Shown here: in pieces, positions 6,036-14,339 of the stretch
Numbering within the stretch: the first letter of the stretch is position 1
Layout of the letters: each line of letters begins with the position of its first letter
From: Candidatus Heimdallarchaeota archaeon
GTDB lineage: Archaea; Asgardarchaeota; Heimdallarchaeia; Hodarchaeales; Hodarchaeaceae
Assembly: GCA_019057635.1 (NCBI GenBank)
Contig: DXJL01000184.1
Coordinates: 1-28,556 of the forward strand
Length of the DNA stretch: 28,556 bases
Direction: 5' to 3'
Notes under the pieces: generated by a model
Databases searched by the model: none
What the model was told of the DNA's origin: nothing
The model's input: the letters and a program-made list of their open reading frames with translations, nothing else
Position numbers and translations under genes: made by a program

Positions 6036-8795
6036 ATGACAGTAGCTCAAAAAGATGAAAAAATCCTCTGGAAACGATATGAATCAGCTCTGGAAGATTA
6101 CAGCTTAACACGTGATCTCGATGATTTGCTTAATGTATTCAAGAAAATTATTAGCTCTTCATCACCTAAACCAACTATTGCGTTACTTAACAACATAGCT
6201 GACCGTTTCGTTAAATTTAAACTCTATGACGAAGCGAAACTTGTCTTTGGAATGATATTACAGGAAGAGAGCCGACATCGTGAGACATGGAAGGCCCTCT
6301 CTTCTCTTTATTTTAAATTAAAAGATAATAGCAAGGCAGAGTTTTGTTTACAGAAGTACTACTTATTAAAGGGAGGAAGTGTTTCAATAAGTTCATCGGT
6401 TAAGAACCGCTTAGCGAGTGCAGGCAAGCTTAAAACATTGCCTACTGACCAACCACTAGGTCTTCAAAAAGCCAAACAGATAGAAGTTCGTGCACCGAAG
6501 AGTGTATTAACTTTAGATGAATTTACAAGGCGCTTCAAATTAAAAAATGCATCTATCCCTACGATTATAAAGAAAATCGTTCATTTTGCTCAACATCAAA
6601 TAATTGATTATAGAATCTTTGATAAACAGAGTGGAGAATTTGGAGACGATCTACACTTTCTTAATAATGGCCAAATCATAAAATATCTAACTGATAGAAA
6701 TATAAAACGGCTTTACAAGTTTCAAGAAGAAGCCTTTCATAAAATTTTATCGAACCAAGATGTGTGCATTGTTGCACCAACTGGTAATGGGAAAACAGAG
6801 GCCTTTCTTCTCCCAGCTCTATTAAAGATCAAAGACTTTGCTGGATATGGCGTTCAACTTCTTATAATTTATCCTCAGAAGGCCTTAGCCAAAGATCAAT
6901 TGAGGAAGATTACTGAAGTTGCCTCTCTCCTAAATCTTCAGGTAGAGGTATTTGATGGAGATACATCTCATTATCGTCGTAAGAAGATTTTTTCTGATCC
7001 ACCAGAAATCTTGATCACTAATCCTGATATTCTCCACTATCATCTTGGAATTGGAAAGAATTCAGGATTTTTTCAGAATTTAATCAGTAATTTGAAAATA
7101 ATCATTTTAGACGAGGTTCACACTTATTCAGGTACTTTTGGAAGCAATATGCACTTCGTCCTTCGTCGATTAGAACGAATATTGGATCAACAAGTACAAT
7201 TTATCACAGCTTCTGCTACGGTAGCTAATCCCCAGACTTTCACAAGTCGCCTATTAAATCGACCAATCACCGTGATTGAGTGTAAAAATGGACGAAGAGG
7301 ACGATTACATTTCTTGATGGTAGCTCCATTTGATGGTATGTCTACTTTTGATGGAATGGCCAGTTTATTGAATTCAATTAAACAATATGGTAAAATTTTA
7401 GCATTTCAAGATTCACACAGAAGTGCAGAATATTTATTTCAAAGATTACGGGGATCTTCTAATCGGGTAGGAATCCATAGAGCTGGTTTAACAAAGAAGA
7501 TACGAGAGAAAGTTGAAACACAATTTAGAGAAGGAGAAATCGATCTTTTAATCGCCACTCCGACATTGGAGTTGGGAATTGATATTGGTGAGCTAGAAAT
7601 AGTAGTAACACCTCCAATATCCGTAAATCGAGCTATTCAACGGATCGGTCGGGCAGGAAGAAAAGGACAGGATGCTATAGCGATCATCCACCTTAATGCA
7701 GATGATCCTATAAGTCATTATTATTACAACAATCCTGAACGGTATTTTCAAGAAGTAGAAGATGTTTTTTTTGACCCAACAAATCCAAATGTCGTTGATC
7801 ATCAACTATTGGCTGCAGCTCTTGATCATCCGTTAGGGATTAATGAATTCCCTGAAAATGTACCAGCAGTAGAAGAATTAGAGAATAAAAGCTTCCTTCA
7901 AAGATTTAACAATGATATTTTCGTCCCAACAGAGCAAGGGATCAAAAAAGTACGGAAATATTCAATCAGAGGAACTAATCACGAAATACAAATCAAAATT
8001 CGTGGAGGTAGACACATTGGAAAACGGGCAATGCCGATCGCGATGTTTGAACTATATCCAGGTGCTTATTATTTAGCAGGCGGCACGAGGTATCGAGTTT
8101 TTAATTACAGTTTTAACGGCTTTCGTGGATGGGCCGAGCTGATAAAGCCAAAAAATGTCTGGGGACAAACTTTTCCTTTAACAAAAATGAAACCTCAGAT
8201 TTTAGAGGTTCAGAAGCCATTAACTTCAATTTATGGAATAGAAGTGGGATTAGTTACAACAAAAATTCTTCAGTCGGTTATTGGATATACACTACAAACG
8301 TCAGCTGGAACCGAAACAAAGAAATTACGAGATCCATTACATTATCCATCGCAATCAAGAGGGTTGTTATTCCAAATTCCATTGTCTTCCCTAGATGTGC
8401 AATTAGATCAGAATAGATTTAGTAATTCCTTACATACCATCGTACATATCCTGCTACATGCAAGTCTGCCTTTTATTGGCGGACAGATTCATGAAATTGG
8501 GGGATTAACTTTATTACCGCAAGGATATATACTTATATTTGATCAAGCAACAGGTTATGGAATATGTGAGATGTTAATGGGCCATTTATCTGAACTCTTT
8601 ACCCGAGCGCGTGTAATTCTTGAATGTAAATGTCCAGATGGTTGTCCCAAATGTTGCTTTTTACCTCGCTGCAGTAAAAATAACACATTATTAGACAAAG
8701 ATGGTGCCCGAAAAATTCTTGATTATATCATACAACAAGATGTAACAATTCCCCTTGGAATGGATTATAATGAATGTAGGATTTTTATTTCATAA
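6036..8795 (+). CDS. Hrq1/MrfA/SftH-type DEAH-box helicase with C-terminal DUF1998 (Zn-binding) domain and TPR-like N-terminal extension
   Basis: APTGNGKT, DEVH, TASAT, HRAG, ATPTLELGIDIG and QRIGRAGR; C-terminal CKCPDGCPKC. Confidence 0.92.
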   Translation: MTVAQKDEKILWKRYESALEDYSLTRDLDDLLNVFKKIISSSSPKPTIALLNNIADRFVKFKLYDEAKLVFGMILQEESRHRETWKALSSLYFKLKDNSKAEFCLQKYYLLKGGSVSISSSVKNRLASAGKLKTLPTDQPLGLQKAKQIEVRAPKSVLTLDEFTRRFKLKNASIPTIIKKIVHFAQHQIIDYRIFDKQSGEFGDDLHFLNNGQIIKYLTDRNIKRLYKFQEEAFHKILSNQDVCIVAPTGNGKTEAFLLPALLKIKDFAGYGVQLLIIYPQKALAKDQLRKITEVASLLNLQVEVFDGDTSHYRRKKIFSDPPEILITNPDILHYHLGIGKNSGFFQNLISNLKIIILDEVHTYSGTFGSNMHFVLRRLERILDQQVQFITASATVANPQTFTSRLLNRPITVIECKNGRRGRLHFLMVAPFDGMSTFDGMASLLNSIKQYGKILAFQDSHRSAEYLFQRLRGSSNRVGIHRAGLTKKIREKVETQFREGEIDLLIATPTLELGIDIGELEIVVTPPISVNRAIQRIGRAGRKGQDAIAIIHLNADDPISHYYYNNPERYFQEVEDVFFDPTNPNVVDHQLLAAALDHPLGINEFPENVPAVEELENKSFLQRFNNDIFVPTEQGIKKVRKYSIRGTNHEIQIKIRGGRHIGKRAMPIAMFELYPGAYYLAGGTRYRVFNYSFNGFRGWAELIKPKNVWGQTFPLTKMKPQILEVQKPLTSIYGIEVGLVTTKILQSVIGYTLQTSAGTETKKLRDPLHYPSQSRGLLFQIPLSSLDVQLDQNRFSNSLHTIVHILLHASLPFIGGQIHEIGGLTLLPQGYILIFDQATGYGICEMLMGHLSELFTRARVILECKCPDGCPKCCFLPRCSKNNTLLDKDGARKILDYIIQQDVTIPLGMDYNECRIFIS

Positions 8796-8830
8796 TTCCA
8801 TCATTTCACCACTATTCTCAATTCTCCCAT

Positions 8831-8845
8831 TTTCAGATATTTAAG
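8831..8845 (+). promoter_or_regulatory. Conserved promoter motif TTTCAGATATTTAAG
   Basis: Identical to the motif upstream of radA; 66 nt before the ATG at 8912. Confidence 0.65.
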
Positions 8846-8911
8846 GTAAGTCAAGGATTCACTACTGAGAAGCCCAGTTTAAAAAAGTGGAATGTCTTTT
8901 AAAACAAAAAA

Positions 8912-10105
8912 ATGGATTCTAAAATGATAAATAGAAGCGTTTTAACTACTATTATCGGATTTTTATTTGGGTACTTCCTGTACACTGTTATTGATTCTAC
9001 TTCACTGTTTATTTTTCTTTTTGGAGGGGTAGGGTACTTCATTGGTTTGATACTTGATAATGCCGATAGAAGACTCCAACTCGAGAAGGTTCAGAATATT
9101 TCTTCAAGTCACGAGGTTTATTATTCTGATATCCTTCCAGAAGCTGTCATATTATATTCTATACTTGATAATATAACGATTATCTTAATTGATTATAAAA
9201 TTGAGGCAAAACCTGAAGATTATCGGCTATCAGTTCTTAAGAACCTTCAAGAGTTTGATTTTCGAGTAATAGAAGATTCTCTTAAGACAATTTTCTCCTT
9301 GAACATTGAATTTCCGGAATTTAATTATCCCTCCATAAGTAATTCCGAAAAAGAACAGAAAAAATTCTTCTATGATATTAAGGAGCAATGCATTGATTTT
9401 CAAGGGGCTGTACAAAAGATAATTCCTGGATTAGTGCTTAGTGCTATCTATAAACCAGATATATTTGGTGATCAGAATATATATAGCCATGAGACTGATG
9501 ATCCTTCTGATTCAATGAAACCCACAGATTTTAATAACGGAGAGCGAAGATCTTCTTCGCTTTCTGAGAAAGTAGATAAAATTAATCCTAGTATTCCTAA
9601 AATCTCAACAGCTAACTTGGAAATTCCAGAATTACAAACTGAAAATGAGGAGAAAATAATGTCTGATCTTTTTGGGAATACTTCGACACCCAAATTAGAT
9701 CCAAAATCTCTTACCAAGTCGCTAGATGAAAAATTTAAATCTTCTATGCAGAATCGGCCTAAAATATTAACTGCGGACAAAATTAAGGAAATTAGCAATA
9801 ATTTATTCGCTTTCCAAGATATGAAGGATGATGATTTTCTTGGTTCCGAAAAACCTGAAACTGACATGAAACCTGAGATAATGACTTCAGTGGAAGCAGA
9901 CTCAACAGGAAGATTCCATGTTCTTGGGAAGGATGAGGAGGGCACTTATGAACTTGTAGAAGAAACATTGGATGAAAAGGAAAGACCTCTATTAGCGAAA
10001 CTCGCTGAACAACTATATGATGAAAAAGAGCGACGAAGTAGTAATTCAGATCCTGAAGTGGATGAAGATTTTAGGCCAAAAGAGTCCTCTAAACAAGAAA
10101 TTTAG
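8912..10105 (+). CDS. Membrane-anchored hypothetical protein (two N-terminal TM helices, alpha/beta domain, acidic disordered tail)
   Basis: Hydrophobic segments at about aa 10-27 and 31-48; D/E/S/P/K-rich low-complexity C-terminal half. Confidence 0.8.
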   Translation: MDSKMINRSVLTTIIGFLFGYFLYTVIDSTSLFIFLFGGVGYFIGLILDNADRRLQLEKVQNISSSHEVYYSDILPEAVILYSILDNITIILIDYKIEAKPEDYRLSVLKNLQEFDFRVIEDSLKTIFSLNIEFPEFNYPSISNSEKEQKKFFYDIKEQCIDFQGAVQKIIPGLVLSAIYKPDIFGDQNIYSHETDDPSDSMKPTDFNNGERRSSSLSEKVDKINPSIPKISTANLEIPELQTENEEKIMSDLFGNTSTPKLDPKSLTKSLDEKFKSSMQNRPKILTADKIKEISNNLFAFQDMKDDDFLGSEKPETDMKPEIMTSVEADSTGRFHVLGKDEEGTYELVEETLDEKERPLLAKLAEQLYDEKERRSSNSDPEVDEDFRPKESSKQEI

Positions 10106-10272
10106 CCCTTATCCCTTGATGACATTTTAAACAGGAAATCTTTCTTTGAAGGAAGTATAAATAATCTCCACAGTGAGAACTTTAGATCTAATTGAATTGT
10201 AAATTGTGTAAAATCTTGATTTTGGAACAGACCAATAACTTTTTATTACAAGGAATGATCTCTCTCTCCAGT

Positions 10273-10788
10273 TCAGCTTATTAACTGCCGAGGGCGATTC
10301 CATAAAGGAGTAGTTGAGAAAGGAATTTTATATCGTTGATTCATGGAATTTAGAATCTCTTTTCTGACTTCCGAATTTAAATTCTGTTGAATTGAAGGGA
10401 CCCGATTTCTTATTTTTCCTTCAGTTGATATTGAAATGATTCCAATCCCGATTTCTCTTGCCCAAAGGAGTTGTTCTTCCAAAGTATCGTTGTTTAGCAA
10501 CTCAAATTGTTCATCAGGACATAATAAGTAACAATAATCACAAAATTGGCTATAAATTGATGGATGATTGACATGAATCTGAGTCTCGGCCTCGAAGAAG
10601 TGAATAGAACTATCTAGTTGACAAATACCTGCTAAATCAATCCGTATTTGCTTCTGACCCCCCTCAAGAAATTCAGATAATTGAAAATGGTCATTACTCC
10701 CTATTTGTAGCTCAGAATACGTCTGAAATTGTAGTTGATTTCTTAGGAATAGTTCTAACTGGTTGACTAGCTGATTTTCTGTTAACAT
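10273..10788 (-). CDS. PD-(D/E)xK-fold nuclease-like protein, MmcB-like
   Basis: YSE...RIDLAGI...HFFEAET...YSQFCDYCYLLCP...GIGII follows the MmcB-type pattern. ATG at 10788; the ORF extends to a TTG at 10797. Confidence 0.65.
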   Translation of the reverse strand: MLTENQLVNQLELFLRNQLQFQTYSELQIGSNDHFQLSEFLEGGQKQIRIDLAGICQLDSSIHFFEAETQIHVNHPSIYSQFCDYCYLLCPDEQFELLNNDTLEEQLLWAREIGIGIISISTEGKIRNRVPSIQQNLNSEVRKEILNSMNQRYKIPFSTTPLWNRPRQLIS

Positions 10789-10845
10789 CTTTCTCAATAA
10801 TGATTGAGATTTTCATTTTTATACTTAAAAATTGAGGAGATCAAA

Positions 10846-10860
10846 TTTTGGATATTTAAG
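10846..10860 (+). promoter_or_regulatory. Conserved promoter motif variant TTTTGGATATTTAAG
   Basis: 13/15 identical to the radA/8912 motif; 58 nt before the GTG at 10919. Confidence 0.6.
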
Positions 10861-10918
10861 TCACATTCACCATTACTAGATGTAAACATTCAGAACAGAA
10901 TATTCAGGTGAGTCGCAA

Positions 10919-11146
10919 GTGACAAGTCAACCAATACTCCAACCGAAAGGTCTTCCCTTTCTGGATGAAGTCTTTGTAAATAGTCCCCTTTGTCAAATAT
11001 GTGAGTTTGCTAACTGGGGAATAGGAGGAATTTGTTCATTATTGTTGAACAGGCGTATACCATCCGTTTTAGTAATACAAGAAGCGCAAGTGATCTCTTG
11101 TAGCGCTCATCGCAACTGGGTTGAGCATTTAGATTTAAATGAATAA
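10919..11146 (+). CDS. Small Cys4 putative Zn/FeS-binding protein
   Basis: CQIC...C...C pattern; AGGTGA at 10906-10911 lies 7 nt before the GTG; 8-nt overlap with the next gene. Confidence 0.65.
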   Translation: MTSQPILQPKGLPFLDEVFVNSPLCQICEFANWGIGGICSLLLNRRIPSVLVIQEAQVISCSAHRNWVEHLDLNE

Positions 11147-12599
11147 TCAAAAAAGGAATTATAACTCAATTAAGAACTGGATGGAACTAACTTTGAGCCT
11201 AACGAGGAGTGGTAATAAAATTTCTCATAAGCTTAAGTTTACTCCTTCACTGGATGAACAGATATTACTAGCTAAAATTCAAAGACAGAATTGCTTAATT
11301 CAGTATCGGCTCGAAGAGAAGCTTAATCGTATTCTGTCCTTGCTTATCAGTCTACATATCTCTAGAGAAAAAACACATGAATCCATTCCACGAGTACTCA
11401 TTCTTACTAAAAGACAAATTCAGGATATCTTCAGAGCAGGGATCCAGGATACCTTAGATCAGATTATAACGATCCATAATGGCCTTATACTCCCCCAAGC
11501 TCGAAAACTGGATTATAGTCGGTTTAGCATAATTCTCTCGACCCCTAAAACGGTGAAAAATGATTTTAAGGAAGATTTCTTTGTAAAAGATCACTTTTCA
11601 CTAATAGTGATTGATTATGCGGAAATGGGGGTATCCTCATCGACTTTACGATTTATTATCAAAAATTTAAAGCCGAACCAAGTAGTTGGTCTATCGAGAG
11701 AGAAAAATACAATAAAGCTTGGACAAGCTTGTGTAAACCTAGAGCTCACGGAATTTGTCAATATCGATGGAAATGCTAGGAGAGAACGGTCTAACATCCA
11801 ACATTATTCACTTCCTTTACCTAAAGAATATTTCTTTGTGCTAGATATTCTTAATCAGCTAAAAAAAAATAGATTAATACAACTTGAAAAGTTAGGGTTT
11901 GGAGTTACTGTGAAAAGCACTCCTCAAGAGGTAGCGGCAATCCATACTAGTTTGTTGAATGAAAAGAACCGAAAACTCTTAGTAAAAACAGCGAATTTAC
12001 AACGAATAATGACAATGCAACGAATGGTAATCTCTCAAGGTTTTCCTGCTCTCATATCTTATCTTGATGATTTACGTCACCGTCTAAATGATAATGATTA
12101 TGTCATAGGTAGAAAAGCTCTAGTTCAGTTTTTAGGAAATCCGATCATCAATAAACTCAATGAATATATTCGCTTATTTAGTGAGTTAGTTCATCCGAAA
12201 TTTCGACAGGTTTTGAAATTACTGGAGGACTATGGATCATCTGTTTCCCTAGTAACCAATAATCGATACAATGCAAAGTTTCTCCAGGAAAAGCTGAATG
12301 AAAAAGGAGTATCCACGATTAATATCACCCAACCGATATCTTCTCTAAAACGAATTCTGCTAGAAAAGAAACTCTTTGCTTTCAGTGGAAAGAAAACTCG
12401 AGTATGCATAACAAATACTGCTAATGAACTTATAGCTAATCTAGCTAATATAATTATTGCATATGATGTAAATGCAGAACTTGTAGAAAAATTGAATAGT
12501 TTGGCTTCTCCAATTCCCAAAGTTTTCTTAATTACGAAGCAAACGAGTGAGGAAGCAAGATTTTTCCATTTGAAAAACTTAGGAAACGGGATTAGATAG
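11139..12599 (+). CDS. Hef/FANCM(Mph1)-like SF2 helicase homologue, predicted catalytically inactive
   Basis: The Hef-like scaffold is retained (QNCLI, TPKTVKND, SLIVID, HPK, FLITKQTSEEA). Walker A GKT is absent, DEAH reads DYAE, and there is no QRxGRxGR. Confidence 0.75.
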   Translation: MNNQKRNYNSIKNWMELTLSLTRSGNKISHKLKFTPSLDEQILLAKIQRQNCLIQYRLEEKLNRILSLLISLHISREKTHESIPRVLILTKRQIQDIFRAGIQDTLDQIITIHNGLILPQARKLDYSRFSIILSTPKTVKNDFKEDFFVKDHFSLIVIDYAEMGVSSSTLRFIIKNLKPNQVVGLSREKNTIKLGQACVNLELTEFVNIDGNARRERSNIQHYSLPLPKEYFFVLDILNQLKKNRLIQLEKLGFGVTVKSTPQEVAAIHTSLLNEKNRKLLVKTANLQRIMTMQRMVISQGFPALISYLDDLRHRLNDNDYVIGRKALVQFLGNPIINKLNEYIRLFSELVHPKFRQVLKLLEDYGSSVSLVTNNRYNAKFLQEKLNEKGVSTINITQPISSLKRILLEKKLFAFSGKKTRVCITNTANELIANLANIIIAYDVNAELVEKLNSLASPIPKVFLITKQTSEEARFFHLKNLGNGIR

Positions 12600-14336
12600 G
12601 AAAAATCTATTCATTTTAGCAAAAAAGGTATCATACGCTTGATAACAAATATTGAGGTCGCGAAATACATTCGATTTTGGTAACATTGTGCGGAGAGAAG
12701 CAGCACGATAATCTAAGATTAAACTCGCAGCAAAATCAGTTTCCGATCGAATACCTCTTCCGATCGCCTGGGTCATTACTCGGGTGACTGGTAAAAGAGT
12801 GAGATGATCGGCCATTCTCCTACCCCATTTTTTAGCGTACAGAGTTTTGATTAATCGGTTTGTCGCGTCTGGGCGGGTATACGGTACACCTGCAATAATA
12901 ATTAGAGTCAATAAGCTTCGTTTTGTTTTCGGGTCGAGTATTTCGATACCTTCAGATAATTTTCCACCAAGGACACCAAATATAACCTCATGGGTTTTTT
13001 GGGGTAATTCGTCAATAAAATATGGAGTTTCTCCCGAATTTTCAACATAAACATTAGGGATCGTCATATGAACTAGAATCTTTTGTTTCAAGTCATGTGA
13101 TGGAGCAAAAACTATAGTGTGAAAGGGGTTACTCTGGTGTAAACGCTGTATAACTGAAGCCATAGCTTGAAAGGTTCGAGGAGTTCTTTCTCTGAATTTC
13201 GTGGTGAATTGTCTGTGATAAAGTATACCATTAAGGCTATATTGAAAATCTGATGGAATATGCATCCCGGGATAATTTAGCCCATAGAGCGTTTTGTAAG
13301 ACGATACAGGTTGAAATGTCCCAGACATAAGAACTATATTCTGGAAGTTATTATTCACAAATTTAAATGTAGTTTGAGGATAAGGATTAAGCTGTAGTAA
13401 TTTTTCTGACTCAGAAACCCAGATATCTCCCCGACTGTTAAGAAACCTTGAGATTGTCTGGAGATTTGTCTGTTCCCAAGGTGAAATTTTTGTTTGATGA
13501 TCGAGAAATGCATCTATCGCATCAGAGGACAAATTTTGGGGGCGATCAATTCGACCATGCCGATTCTGTATCAAGTCCTGTAATCTATCAAATACTTTTA
13601 ACGGGATGACATTCCTCGCCTTATTAATATCGTTTAAAGATAGCTCTGCTTCTAGCTCTGCGGAAAAATTATGTCCTTCGTCAATTATGCAAATTTTATT
13701 TGCGTAGGTGCTTTTCTGGAGGAGTGTGGACAGCATACTCTGCAATTTTTTACTTCTCAAGTAGGTATGTGTAGTAACAACGATATTTGCATACGGGATA
13801 CAACGCTTGACAATATAATATGGACATCCGAATTCTTGTAGCGCATCTTTGAAAGTTTCATTTTTGATATCCCCTTCATCATGAGCTGTAATGGGGACCT
13901 GTTCAACAATGGCAGGAAAATCTTCTTCGGGGATGGAACGGGCTTCTTCAAGATGCGGACAACGTATCTGAACACAAATACCTTGATAGAAAAATGGAAT
14001 ATCATGTCTTATACATAAATCAGACTTCAAAATTAATGGAAGAGCGGTTAAATAACCATATCTTTCCGTATTTGCAATTTTACTAATTTCATTAAGAAAA
14101 ACATGGAAAATTTGAGCTTTAGTTCTTACAAAGATGAACAATTGGTACTGCTGTGTTTTCACACGGGGTAAAGTGCTGATAAGAGCCATAACGGTCTTTC
14201 CAAATCCAACAGGTGCGTGAATTATTGCGCGTGGATTTTTTTCAACAAATCGAAGAAATCGCGCTTGGTAAGCACGTAACTCCTCATGAGGAAACAGTTC
14301 CAGGTTAGGTGGGAGGTTTAATTTCAAAGATTGCAT
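12579..14336 (-). CDS. xpd: XPD/Rad3-family FeS-cluster 5'-3' DNA helicase
   Basis: Q motif LRAYQ, APVGFGKT, four FeS Cys (DLC, GIC, RCP, GCPYY), DEGHN, MSGT, GKLSEGI, QAIGRGIR and LDYR. Confidence 0.9.
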   Translation of the reverse strand: MQSLKLNLPPNLELFPHEELRAYQARFLRFVEKNPRAIIHAPVGFGKTVMALISTLPRVKTQQYQLFIFVRTKAQIFHVFLNEISKIANTERYGYLTALPLILKSDLCIRHDIPFFYQGICVQIRCPHLEEARSIPEEDFPAIVEQVPITAHDEGDIKNETFKDALQEFGCPYYIVKRCIPYANIVVTTHTYLRSKKLQSMLSTLLQKSTYANKICIIDEGHNFSAELEAELSLNDINKARNVIPLKVFDRLQDLIQNRHGRIDRPQNLSSDAIDAFLDHQTKISPWEQTNLQTISRFLNSRGDIWVSESEKLLQLNPYPQTTFKFVNNNFQNIVLMSGTFQPVSSYKTLYGLNYPGMHIPSDFQYSLNGILYHRQFTTKFRERTPRTFQAMASVIQRLHQSNPFHTIVFAPSHDLKQKILVHMTIPNVYVENSGETPYFIDELPQKTHEVIFGVLGGKLSEGIEILDPKTKRSLLTLIIIAGVPYTRPDATNRLIKTLYAKKWGRRMADHLTLLPVTRVMTQAIGRGIRSETDFAASLILDYRAASLRTMLPKSNVFRDLNICYQAYDTFFAKMNRFFLSNPVS

Positions 14337-14339
14337 TCC

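Noticed and set aside
6036-8795. DISARM/Druantia-type defence system suggested by the DUF1998 helicase
   Set aside because: The helicase and DUF1998 form one Hrq1/MrfA-type polypeptide, and no methyltransferase, PLD nuclease or SNF2 partner is nearby.
11139-12599. Pseudogene call for the Hef-like gene
   Set aside because: The ORF is full-length with no stops or frameshifts and is coupled to an upstream gene with a promoter and SD; motif loss is selective, which fits a pseudoenzyme better.
12579-14336. CRISPR-associated DinG (type IV)
   Set aside because: No cas genes or repeat-spacer array were seen; the motifs and FeS cysteines fit an ordinary XPD.
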